Shown: positions 31,521 to 43,946 of the stretch, piece after piece
How the letters are laid out: each line of letters opens with the position of its first letter
How positions within the stretch are numbered: the stretch's first letter is position 1
Assembly (NCBI RefSeq): GCF_009914755.1
Contig: NC_060929.1
Source of the DNA: the human T2T-CHM13v2.0 reference genome, Homo sapiens
Length of the DNA stretch: 64,000 nt
Strand: one strand, 5' to 3'
Position numbers and translations under genes: made by a program
Notes under the pieces: generated by a model
Told to the model about the DNA's origin: nothing
Seen by the model: the letters and a program-made list of their open reading frames with translations, nothing else
Database searches by the model: none

Positions 31521-33777
31521 AACTTTGTTTATTAAGTCTCTTGTAGAAAATTAGTGGATGGGCTGGCATTTAAGGGAAAATCTTGCATTTGGTATTGACT
31601 ATTGACATATAATTCCTTGCATTTTTTAACTTTGTTAGTCTCTGAATTAAAATAGGGCATATATATGAAACGTGGCATTTCAAAATGCCAGTTAGCAAGC
31701 ATCATAAGGGAATGTAACCCCCTATGGAAGACATCAATCGTTGGTGCCTCTCCAGTAAGGAGAAGTTGAATCACCGTGCTTTTGATTACAGATTACATTT
31801 CCACATCAATCTGAATAAGGAAGGGACATACTTTCTGACATTTTAAATGTTAGCATTAGGCAATGTGAAACTAGCTAATTTATTCTGGTCAAAGGAAAGA
31901 GGTATAGAATTGAGCATTATTATAAATTCATGTTAATTCCTAATAGTTCCTTTTCCAGGAATCCAAATTTAACTTCATGGTTTCGATAAATCTAATAAAT
32001 TGTATGAGAACAGATGGAACAAATTATTCCAGATGCATGCAAATGCATGCATTTCCAGCAAATGGAAAGCATTATAATTCCACACCATCCTATAATAGAT
32101 TTAAGGTATAGAAATGTGAAGCATTGAACCTTGTAGCTGTATAGCTGGACGTTTTATTCATGGTACCTTTACCAGAAATTATACCTGATATGGTCTGTGT
32201 TCTGCCAACCTTATTTGTTTTGCGCCATGCGGTATAGGAGGTGGGGAAGATGAAGACATAAGAGAGAAATTTAACCACACAGAAATCCAATTCAGATAAT
32301 TTAACATTATGTAAAAGATCTTTCTACTTAAAGCAGCACTTGACTAAAAGATACCAAAACTGAATTCTGTATTTCATCACAACTCACTGAACCTGGAAAA
32401 TGACTACGAGCTGAGAGCCCCTCCAGCTGAAGGTGATAAATGACAAAGAACTTTGAGAGTTATCAGTACACTAGAACCTCAGCAGACCTAACTGAAGGCT
32501 CTTTCCTGAACAAAAAACAATAGGAATTTTCAAAAACCAATTAAATACTGACTTAGGAACTCATTCAGTCTTATCCAGGATATGGTTTTCAATCCTGAAT
32601 TAGCAGCACCATAATGAACCCCACCTTTGAAGCACATTAAAACCCCTTGATCTTTTCCCACTAGAGTAATTCCTCAGTAAATTGCTTCATTGGTTTTGTT
32701 TCTTTGCCTGGAAGGAAATATACAATTCATTGTTCATGTTATTGATCACTGTAGTAGTCCTTGTATTTCCTCTAACAATTGTGTCTGTTCTTCTTCCATG
32801 TATTAACATGCTACATTGATTTTTCAGCACTTAAGATTTTATATTTTCATTTAAAATACAAATACAAGTATATGCCAAAATATAATTTTAATGCATTCTA
32901 TTCTATATAACTAAAACATTCTAAAATTTTTCAACTTGAAAGGGGATTTTGTCACCTTTTGCTGGAAAGTTGTATAGTGGAGTTACTTCAGAGATTACAT
33001 GTATTGCTAGCATCAAAATCATCTTTCAAGGGCTTAGGTACCAGACATCCTCATTTCATTAGATTCTCTTTATGTACTCTGTAGTTTTCATCTTCATGGC
33101 TTATCTGTATTATCCTAGTATTCCTACCTAAAGAATTTCTTCAATCTCTCTAACACATTAGAGATTGTTCTTGCAATCTGATTCTGTCGAGTCAATCATA
33201 TTTCTTCCTTCCTTTAAGATCTGACCAAACACTCATCTCTAGCTAATTTTCTCTGATCAATTCCATTATTCTCTGATTTTGACTCATCTTTTAATATTAG
33301 CATAGTTAGATATATTGTTTTTGATGTATTGCTTTGTAGTTGTACTTTACCTTCTGGTTATCTTACAAGAATATTCCAAGTTTGCTGTTATTGTTCACAA
33401 TAGCTCCAATATCTTTTGAAATCACTCACATCATCTATTAATAATAATAATGCATTTGTCCTTTTAAGCAAGGACAACCATTATAAGTCATCAGGGTTTT
33501 TCTTTTGGAGGGAACAGGTATCAATCCCTCCAGCTTTTAGAAGCTTCTTCATAGACACTTTACCAGAGGGACGCTGTAGTAAAAGCAAGTCGAAACCCGT
33601 ATCTGTCAAATATCAAATAATTATTGGAAAGGAGACACAAAACCATAATACATCTTATTTTTTGTAAACTCAAGGAAGTCACTGATCTCTGTCCTCAGCC
33701 ACTTTGGACCATCACATTGCAGGAATAAAATGTAAGAATCCAGGATAGTAGAATCTGTAATTCCCAGAGCTCTGTTT

Positions 33778-34046
33778 GTTTTGTTGTGGTTTTATCTCAG
33801 CTTTATTGAAATATAATTGAGAAATAAAAATTGTATAAATTTAAAGTGTACAAGGTGATATTTTAATATACATACACACTGTAAAGTGATTACCACAATC
33901 AAGCTAACATATTCATCACTCCACAGAGTTATATTTTTTTGTTTGTAGTGCTGAGAACCTTTAAGATCTATTTTTACCAAATTTCAAGTATCTAATGTTG
34001 CCACTGAAAGTAATGGCAAACTGCAATTACTTCTGCACCAGACTAA

Positions 34047-34078
<32 letters not shown>

Positions 34079-35430
34079 ATAGTTACCATGCTGTACATTT
34101 GATCTCCAGAATTTATTCATCTTATACTGAAAGCTTGTACTCTTTGACCAATCCCCCCTTTCCCTAATCCCCCAGCCCTTGGCAACCATCTCCAGTCTCT
34201 GTTTCTATGAGTTTCTCTTCAGATTCCACATGTAAGTGAGATCATGTGGTATTTGTCTTGCAGTGTCTGGCTTATTTCACTTAGGATAATGTCCTCTAAG
34301 TTCATCCATGGCAGGATTTCCTTCTCTTTTAAGGTTGAATAATATTTCATTGTATATAAACATAAATATAAATACACACACACCATTTTTTCTTTATCCA
34401 TTCATTCATCAATGGACACAAGTTGTTTCCCTTTTGGCTATTGTGAATAAACTGCAGTGAAAATAGAAGTGAAGATATATTTTCAAGAACTGTTTTTAAT
34501 TCCTTTGGATACATACTCAGCAGTGAGGTGGGATTGCTGGATCATATTGTAGCTCTATTTTTAATTTTTTGAGGAACCTGTATACTCTTTTTTATAATAG
34601 CTATAGCAATTTAGAATCCTATCAACAGTATAAGGGTTTCTTTTCTCCACATTCTTGCCAACACTTGTCATTTGGCTTTTTGATAATAGCCATCCTAAGA
34701 AGTGTGAGGTGATGCCTCATTGTGGTTTTGATTTGCATTTTCCTGATGATTAATGATGTTGAGCACAGCACTTTTTCATACATTATAAAGCTACAGTAAT
34801 CAAAACTGTATGTTACTGTCACAAAAACCAACACATAAACCAACAGAATAGAATGGAGAGTTCAGAAATAAAGCCATGCATGGGTACAAAAGTACTAAGG
34901 ATACACAAGGGGAAAGCATAGTCTCTTCAGTAAATGGTGCTTGGAAAACCAGATAACCATATGCAAGAGAATAAAATTGGATTCTTATCTTACACAATAC
35001 ACAAAGTTCAACTCAAAATAGCCTTATACATACATAATATCTGAAGTCGTAAATATCCTAGAGGAAAACACAAGAAAAGCTTCATGACATTAGTCTTGAC
35101 AATGATTTTATGAATATGACCCTCAAATCATAGGTAATGAAAAACAAATATAAACAAGTGGGTCTACATCAAACTACAAAGTGTTTGCACAGCACAGGAA
35201 ACAAACAACAAAATGAAAAGGCAACCTACAGGATGGAAGAAAATATTTACAAACCATATATACAATACATGACTAATAGCCGAAATACGTAAGGAAGTCA
35301 CGAAAATCAATAGAAAAACATGCGAACAAACACAAGCACCTAAATAAAAATGTGGGTGAAGGGCCTGAATAAACCTTTTTTTAAAGGTCACATGCAAATG
35401 ACCAACAGATATCTGAAAAAGTGCTCAAAA
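33778..35430 (-). mobile_element. L1MA-type element with 5' inversion (minus 33778-34780, plus 34781-35430)
   Basis: L1MA 3' UTR and ORF2 end on minus, switching at ~34780 to plus-strand ORF2; TSD CCAGAGCTCTGTTT (33764-33777) / CCAAAGCTCTGTTT (35431-35444). Confidence 0.88.
33998..34046. mobile_element. Truncated MADE1 (Hsmar1 MITE) followed by (TAT)n
   Basis: TTGCCACTGAAAGTAATGGCAAACTGCAATTACTTCTGCACCAGACTAA+TA: spacer plus one TIR. Confidence 0.8.
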
Positions 35431-37339
35431 CCAAAGCTCTGTTTTATCCAGTATCCCCACTCCTATCACAGAGAAATTTGTCACCTTACCTGACAAAAAA
35501 AATGAGATCATTTCATCAGCCTCAAAATAAAGGACCCAAGAATATATTCCCAACCAATGTGGGAAATCCCTGCTGGTAGAAGACCATCCAGCAAGTGACG
35601 TCATCACCAGAAAGGCATTAAGGGACACAGTTTAAATGTTGCAAAGGATTTTAAAAGAATCAGGAGTGAGATAACACTCAGAAATAATTTTTAGTTTTAT
35701 TATGTAAGATAATATTACTTTGTCAATGTAAGAAAATATTTTTGTCTTTCAGAGTAGATGCTATATTTGGTTCTGCCTCCCACTCCCCCCACCACTATCC
35801 TACTTTATTTCACAGAGGAGTCATTTTGTGGCCTCACAAGAGAGTTGGCCAATTCTGCTGAAAGATTGGCATTGACATTTGCTTGTGGGAGTGCCTGAGG
35901 ACAGAGAAACCTCCCAGCTTGCATGACTAGGTTGGATAACTTCTTCTTCCTGTTTGCCAATAAACATTATGTTTGGCAGAAAACGGTTAAAGATTTGCTC
36001 CTATTGCAGCAGGCTGCCTGTTAATGAGAGGGATGTAGTCTTCCCCTCCCATAGCTGGAGTCTTTTAACACATACTGAAAAAAGACTTCATAGCTTCTAA
36101 AGGATCAAATTGGCTTATGTCAGTTTATAACAATAGGATTTTATCATTGACTGGCCATACTGACCTAGTAGTAATAAGATACTTTTCTTCCCGAGCTGTC
36201 TCTGAAATAGTAGCTGCTTCATGAACATCTTGTCTGATGAATTATTTTCTTAAATGACTCTCTTTTCTCTCAAAATCTGAAGGTGTTCTAAAAATACTAG
36301 CAGTTTAATCCAAGGTCCATTTTGCAAGGACTCTCAGTCAGCATATTTTACAGAGAGAATGGCTGGTGGAGTCATTTTACTAGAAGACATGACATGGCTT
36401 GAATTCCCAAATCAGATCACTGCAGGCCAGGTAGCAGGTCTTCTCTTAGCACTTTTCTCTTCACCTTTCCATGCAGCAGAGGGCAGTAGTGAACTGTGCA
36501 TTTTTCTATGCTTTATTTCCTTTTGAAACATAAGCCAAATACATACAAGAATAATAATACATTTAAAAAATAATATTTAAACTATTCCACATGTATAGTA
36601 TTTTTGCTTCACTGAACAAACGAATTTACCTGGGCCACAATCCAATAGATAGTAGCTAATTTTAGACTTCAGACTTGTGCTTGTTTGGACAACTTAGAAT
36701 TTGAGTATAATGTTATATTGCAACTAGTCGTTAACAAATCAGGTGTGAGAAGAAATTAGACATTTCAGTGTTTTCTGAGAAACACAATTTCCTTAAGGAA
36801 ATGTTGTGGCATAAATGTATTTTAGCTATATTTTAGGCTTAAAACATTGTGTTCTTCAAGGAAAATATCAAATCTTTCACAAAATTCTATCTTCTTTAAA
36901 AGTCTTTTTAATAAATTAAATAAAAATGATGTTTATTGTCAAACAACTACATGTATGGAACTAAAAAATTAGAGTTATGCAGTAGGAAAAAAAGCCCTCT
37001 GACTCACTTTTTGGTACTCACTATTTCTGTTTACCTGGGCTAGTCAATTTTAGCTTTTTAAAAGTTTCTTATTTTCTGGTATTTACCTATGTATTTGAAA
37101 ATATCATGTTTATCCTAATATTTCCTTATTTTTTGTCTTAAATGTCATCTGTTGTCTTCCTAGTAAATAAGATGAAAAGTTAGCTCTTTTATACTCCTCT
37201 CTAATATCTCCTCTCCATATTCTTCCAAAATATCATTTAAAATTATTCAATCTTGGACCTTGTGCTTCACTCGTAGTAGGCAATTATTAACTATATATCT
37301 ACTTGCAGGATATTTGAACCACTGAAAGGGGTTTCCAAT

Positions 37340-38665
<1,326 letters not shown>

Positions 38666-38689
38666 CAAAGAAAGTGTAAATAGTAGGAG

Positions 38690-38965
38690 CAAAGAGCCAG
38701 CACTACCCTTAGGCTAGGATAGCTGAAAGACAAGACCTCCTGGAAGTCCATTGGAAGAGAAACCCAGCAACTGCCACCTAAGGCCCAGTAGGGAGGGAAC
38801 TTTCCTCTGCTAGCCAGTCTGTACCTTCCATTAAACAAACTAAATTGGAAGCCAGAGGGCGCTGGGTGCAGCTGATGCAATCTATAAGGTCAGACTCCCA
38901 TAGCACAGAACTGAGTGGAGGGATGTGGTGACTGATCTGGAGGGGTAAACAAAGAGCCAGCAAGA
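38690..38965 (-). mobile_element. LTR33-like ERVL solo LTR fragment
   Basis: Reverse strand GCCCTCTGGCTTCCAATTTAGTTTGTTTAATGGAAGG. Confidence 0.5.
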
Positions 38966-39759
38966 CTGTTCAATCATTAGATAATTTGTTTGCTCTCTCT
39001 CTATCAATGTAGCTAGCTAACCTAGCTAGCTATTTATTTTTGCCTAGCTGTTTCTGTTTGTTTACTTTTTGGTGGGAAAGTTGCTGCATATGTAAAGAAA
39101 ATCAAATGGCACAAAAGATTCAGAATGACAAGCAACTAACATTTGTATGCTTACATGTCAGGCCTTTGCTAAGCTTATTTACAGACTTCAGGGCTTCCTG
39201 CTCGAGGTACAGTATGATTAAATTTTGGAGGTGGGAAGAGGATATTAGCTAAAGGCAGTTGCATATGCTACAATAGTAACTTTTTAAAAAAGTTTCAAAG
39301 GCAAAATACTTTTACAGTGAATTTTATTAAAATTTGCATAATCAAAACTTACAAGGGAAGAGAGACAAGCATAGTCTAACACTATGATAGTTAATAGTTA
39401 AATTAATTTGACTAATGGTCCCATTAATTAATTTAATAGAGCAATACTTATTTGATCGGAGTATTTATCATTTGAACAGCTGGCAATGATTTGTTCATCT
39501 TATTTTCTTAAAGAAAACATCTGCAGAGGGAATGTTAAAATAATGACTACATTTTGCAATTGAAGGTTTTTGTGTTAAGTGCATGATTTTTCCCCTGGCA
39601 CGAAAGACATGTAGTTCATGGTAGCAGATGGAATATACACTGCAAAAAAATACTTGTCATAATCTAACCACCAAAAATACATTACATTTTTAATATATTT
39701 AATATTATTTTCTTCCAACATATTTACAAACACAACTTTTTTAAGAATTATGTTTTATG

Positions 39760-40923
39760 TATACATACCTAGGAGTTATTTCAGGTTCAGTTCCAGACCA
39801 CTACAATAAAGTGAATATTGCAATAAAGTGAGTCACACAAATGTTTTGGTTTCACAGTACATATAAAAGTTATGTTTACACTATCCTGTAGTCTAGTAAG
39901 TATGCAATAGCATTATGTGTAAAAAAATGTGGAAACCTTAAAAAATACTTTATTGCTAAAAAATGCTAATGATCATCTGAGCCTTGAGAGAGTTGTAATT
40001 TTTTTGCTGGTGAAGGTTCTTGCCTTGAGGTTCATGGATGCTGACTGATCAGAGTGATGGTTGCTAAAGGGTGGGGTGGCTGTGGCAATTTCTTAAAATA
40101 AGAGAACAATAAAGTTTGCCACAGTGATTGACTCTTCCTTTCACAAAAGATTTCTCTGTAGCATGCGATGCTGTTTGGTAGCATTTTTCCAAGAGTAGAA
40201 CTTCTTCCAAAATTAGAGTCAATCCTCTCTAACCCTGTTGCTGCTTGATCAATTAAGTTTATATTATACATATATATGTGTGTATTTATACATATATATA
40301 CACATAAATTTATGTCACATTCTAAATCCTTTCTTGTAATTTTAACAATGTTCAACTCGTCTTCACCAGGTATAGATTCCATCTCAAGAAACCATTTTCT
40401 TGGCTTATCCATAAAAAGAAGCTTCTCATCTTTCCAAATTTGATCATGAGCTTGTAGCAATTGTCACATCTTCAGGCTTCACTTAGAATTCTAGATCTCT
40501 TGCTGTTTCTCCTACCTCTGCAGTTACTTCTTCCTCTGAAGTCTTGAATTCCTCGGAGTCACCCATGAGGGTTGGAATCAACTTCTTCCAAACTCCTGTT
40601 AGTGATATTTTCACCTCTTCACATGAATCACAAATGTTAATGGCATCTAGACTGGTGAATCCTTTCCAGAGGTTTTGAATTTACTTTGCCCAGATCTATC
40701 AGAAGAATCACTATATATGGAAGCTATAGCCTTACAAATGTATTTCTTAAATAATGAAATTTGAAAGATGAAATTACTCCTTGATCTGTGGGCTGAAGAA
40801 TGGATGTTGTGTTAGCAGACATGAAAACAACACTAATCTCCTTGTACATGTCTATCAGAGCTCTTGGGTGAATAGGTGCATTGTCAATGAGCAATAATAT
40901 TTCAAAAAGAATTTTTCTTTCTT
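39760..40923 (-). mobile_element. Tigger1 DNA transposon, 3' part
   Basis: Terminal CATACCTAGGAG...GTTCCAGACCAC; ORF 40032-40460 KLLFMDKPRKWFLEMESIPGED is Tigger1-like. Confidence 0.92.
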
Positions 40924-43900
40924 TTTTCTTTGGAGGAATATTTTCAGTTTGTTAAATAAAAATGTTTTTTAGAGTGATACTTTTCACATTACAAAAATAA
41001 ACCAAAATGAAGAAAAGGTCACTGTAAAATGACGGAAAATGATCTGTAGATTTGCTTTTAGTATTTCAAATAGCCGACAATGCATGTCAGAAAATGAATG
41101 CAAGATCACAACAGTCTTGTATTTACTTTGTATTTGAAGAAGATAGTGAAGTGGCCACATTCTATTTTCTTTTAATTGCTATTAATATGGTTGATCTGAT
41201 TGGCTCTTCGATGAATTTCATCCAAGAAGTTCTCCAGTTGTTCTATTAGCATTCGTTTTTAAAACCTTGATGCTTCTTTAATAACATTTTGTAAAAATAT
41301 TAGTCTTGTTTGTAAACTGCCTTGCACATGCTTCAGTAAAGTGAAGATTCTTTCATATTTTCTCCCTGGCTTTCAGATCTCTTTCATTATTTGTGGTTTT
41401 AGTTCGATATTGACCTCTTCATGGCTTCTGCAATGGATCAATTTCTTTCCTTTGTTGAGTGAAGATGCTGGTATGTTCTCTTCAGCACATTGTTCTTTAT
41501 CTCTTGGCTCCTCATGATTTTCTAAAAATCCACCAACAGTGAGGTCATTCGTTCCTAAATTGTCATGACCAGGAGCCTCCATATGATTGGTTGGCCCTTC
41601 CAGTAAACTGGCTGGAGAAGATGTTGAAAATTCAGTATCCATAGCATTTGGTGTAATGTCTGACGAAAGTTGGTCTGCAACATGATTTTCAACCACATCA
41701 TGTATTATCGAATCATTAGTGGTTTCTGAAATTTTATGAAGAGGAAGAAGCTTAATAAGATCTGGCTGTGCTTGAGTTGTAGGTGCAGGTGGTCCTTTTC
41801 CCCCGATATGATTGTTTACAACAGGATTCTGCTGTCTGCCTCTTAGTAGTGGAGACATACACTGACGTCTTTTAGGGATCCCTTGCATATTTGATTCTCC
41901 AGGTCATTTATGTTTATTTTGAGGTCCAGCCACAAATTCATCTGCTTCATCTGTCATCATACCCTTTTTATCCAGCTTAAAGGAATTGCCAAATGTATGT
42001 AACCTTTGCGGCTGATCAGGATCAAGTTCTCTTAGTGGAGAAGGTAACTTGCTTGAGGTATTCCTGGTAGTTCCCCATTTGTGCTATAGGAACACTGCAC
42101 TTGATCTTCGTCCTGTCCTTTAAGAAATCTGCGAGTGTGCTTCAAAAGATTAGATCTCATTCTTGTTAAGTGATCCAAAAGATTTCGTCTTGGAATGTCA
42201 TAAGCATTTCTAAATGTCTGTGGCTTCAAATCCTTATTCAGCAAAGCAACGTGGAACCCAGCGTATTCCTTCATATTAAGGTCTAGCAGTCTGTGAGGGA
42301 CATCTGAAATTCCCTGGAGGAGCTGTTGAAAATCTTTCCTATATGCCCTTGATAAACCATGTGATTGGCTCCAGACTTTTATTTCAGTTTCCTGTACTCC
42401 TTTTTTGCCTACAGATCCAATGACTCGATCAGATTCTATTTTGGCCTGTTGACTCAGTTTTTTGAGGTATGAAATGACACTGTAACTAAGTCCATATTCC
42501 ATACTGTCTGCTATTAGGTTAGGTGCTCCCATCATACTAACAGCTTTCTTGAAGGGCCCGAGATAGTAGGGAGGCACGGTCTTCAAATAACTTTCAAATG
42601 ACTGTCTCCACTTCAGTGTTGGTTTTGCTTTATGCACTTTAAGCAAGTCATCTAAGAGGGGAAGGACTGGGTAATTGTAAGGCATCACAAATACATTGAC
42701 ACAGTTCAGTGCCATACTGGCTTTCAAGTAACCAAAAGGATGACCAAGTTCACTGTATTTTGCACTATTGCTGACGTACACCTGCCAACATGTTTGAGGA
42801 GATTTCCTTTCCAGGATAAATTGAGTCAGTGATGAAGGTTCCAACTCGTATTTGTCAAAAGGAAGTTTATCAATAACCATTGGTTCAGTCTGTACAGGAA
42901 AACTTCACTACAGGATGAGATGTACGAAGTGGTGGTGTTGGCGAATTTTGATCTGGCCAAAAAGACTCTGGAACAGGCCAATGACCTATAGGAACCCCAG
43001 TTTTAGGATTTGGTCTGACACATATGAGTTTGTGACAGTTATGCCAAGGCTGAGATCCAAAAGGCCTTGATATATCTGGCTGCCCATCTTCTACAGGGGA
43101 AGGATCCGGTCCTGCTTTTTGAAAGTTTATTACCACCCAACTTTGTACTTTCTGCACCAAGGACTCCAGACACTGATTAAGCATTCTTGGAGAACACACA
43201 AAATACGACCAGCCGTCTGGTGTGATTGCAGGGTCATCTAAAGGCACACCTGTCAACTGTTCTGATTCTACTGACATGGTGCCAGGCAACTGCAACACTA
43301 ATGCAAAGAATCTCTGATCCCAAGGAAAAGGTTCCTTGGTCAATTCACTTCCAGGCAAAGGAGAATTAAGAGGTAAATGAAGCTCATCCTGGACTCCACT
43401 GGTGGTAGTCAACTTGCTCCCATCAGTAATTGTGATAATTATTGCTGGCTCCAAGAAAAAAGGGTTTCTTCCCTGCCCATAGTTGTCTATGCCAGTTGCT
43501 AATCTATTTAAATTTAATAAATCAAAAGCTGTCCTTAGGGATTGGCCAAGAGTCCTAAGTCCTTCAGCCTGAAGGTTTTTCAGTTCATTCATAAACGTTG
43601 CATGGTTTTCTTTCCATCCAGCCTTGATAGCACAGGGCGGCTCTTCGAAAGTGACGAGCATATACCTGTCTCCTCTGCTGGCAGGGTCCCGGGCACGGAG
43701 CCGAGGGACTAGAGGAGGAACAGGGCGAGCGAGAGGGAAGCACAGAGGCGAGGTTACCAGGCGGAAAAGGGGCGCCCAGCGGCCCCGCCGCCTCCACAGT
43801 ACCGCACACGCAGCGGCCACCCCTCCACGCGGTCCCCCACACACAGATCGCTCCCCACGCACAGCACTGGGGCGGGAGCCCGGCCCAGGCCTAGCCCTCC

Positions 43901-43946
43901 TCGCAGCGCCCGCCCGCCCTCGCGTTGGGGGAGGGGAGGGAGGGGC
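40924..43946 (-). pseudogene. INTS6P1: Processed pseudogene of INTS6 (Integrator complex subunit 6 / DDX26 / DICE1)
   Basis: Intronless near-identity to INTS6 from LRARDPASRGDRY (43700) to ANQINHINSN-stop (41172); poly(A) remnant 40924-40931; TSD AT(T/C)TTTCTTTCTT at 40911-40923 and 43947-43959; frameshifts near 42885 and 42096; CGA>TGA stops at 41904-41906 and 41373-41375; in-frame loss of MCEVT near 43217. Confidence 0.93.
43681..43946 (-). promoter_or_regulatory. CpG-island-like 5' leader of the retrocopy
   Basis: About 26 CpG in 266 bp by hand count, GC boxes (GGGGCGGG), G-run cluster at 43927-43945. Confidence 0.6.

Noticed and set aside
40032-40460. 142-aa ORF as a domesticated Tigger gene
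   Set aside because: Non-ATG start, contains an AT/CA microsatellite insertion, and the rest of the transposase is broken
40924-43946. Parent gene INTS6L (DDX26B) or SAGE1
   Set aside because: The C-terminal region (QAQPDLIK...EENIPASSLNKGKKL...NQINHINSN) matches INTS6 as I recall it, not the paralogs
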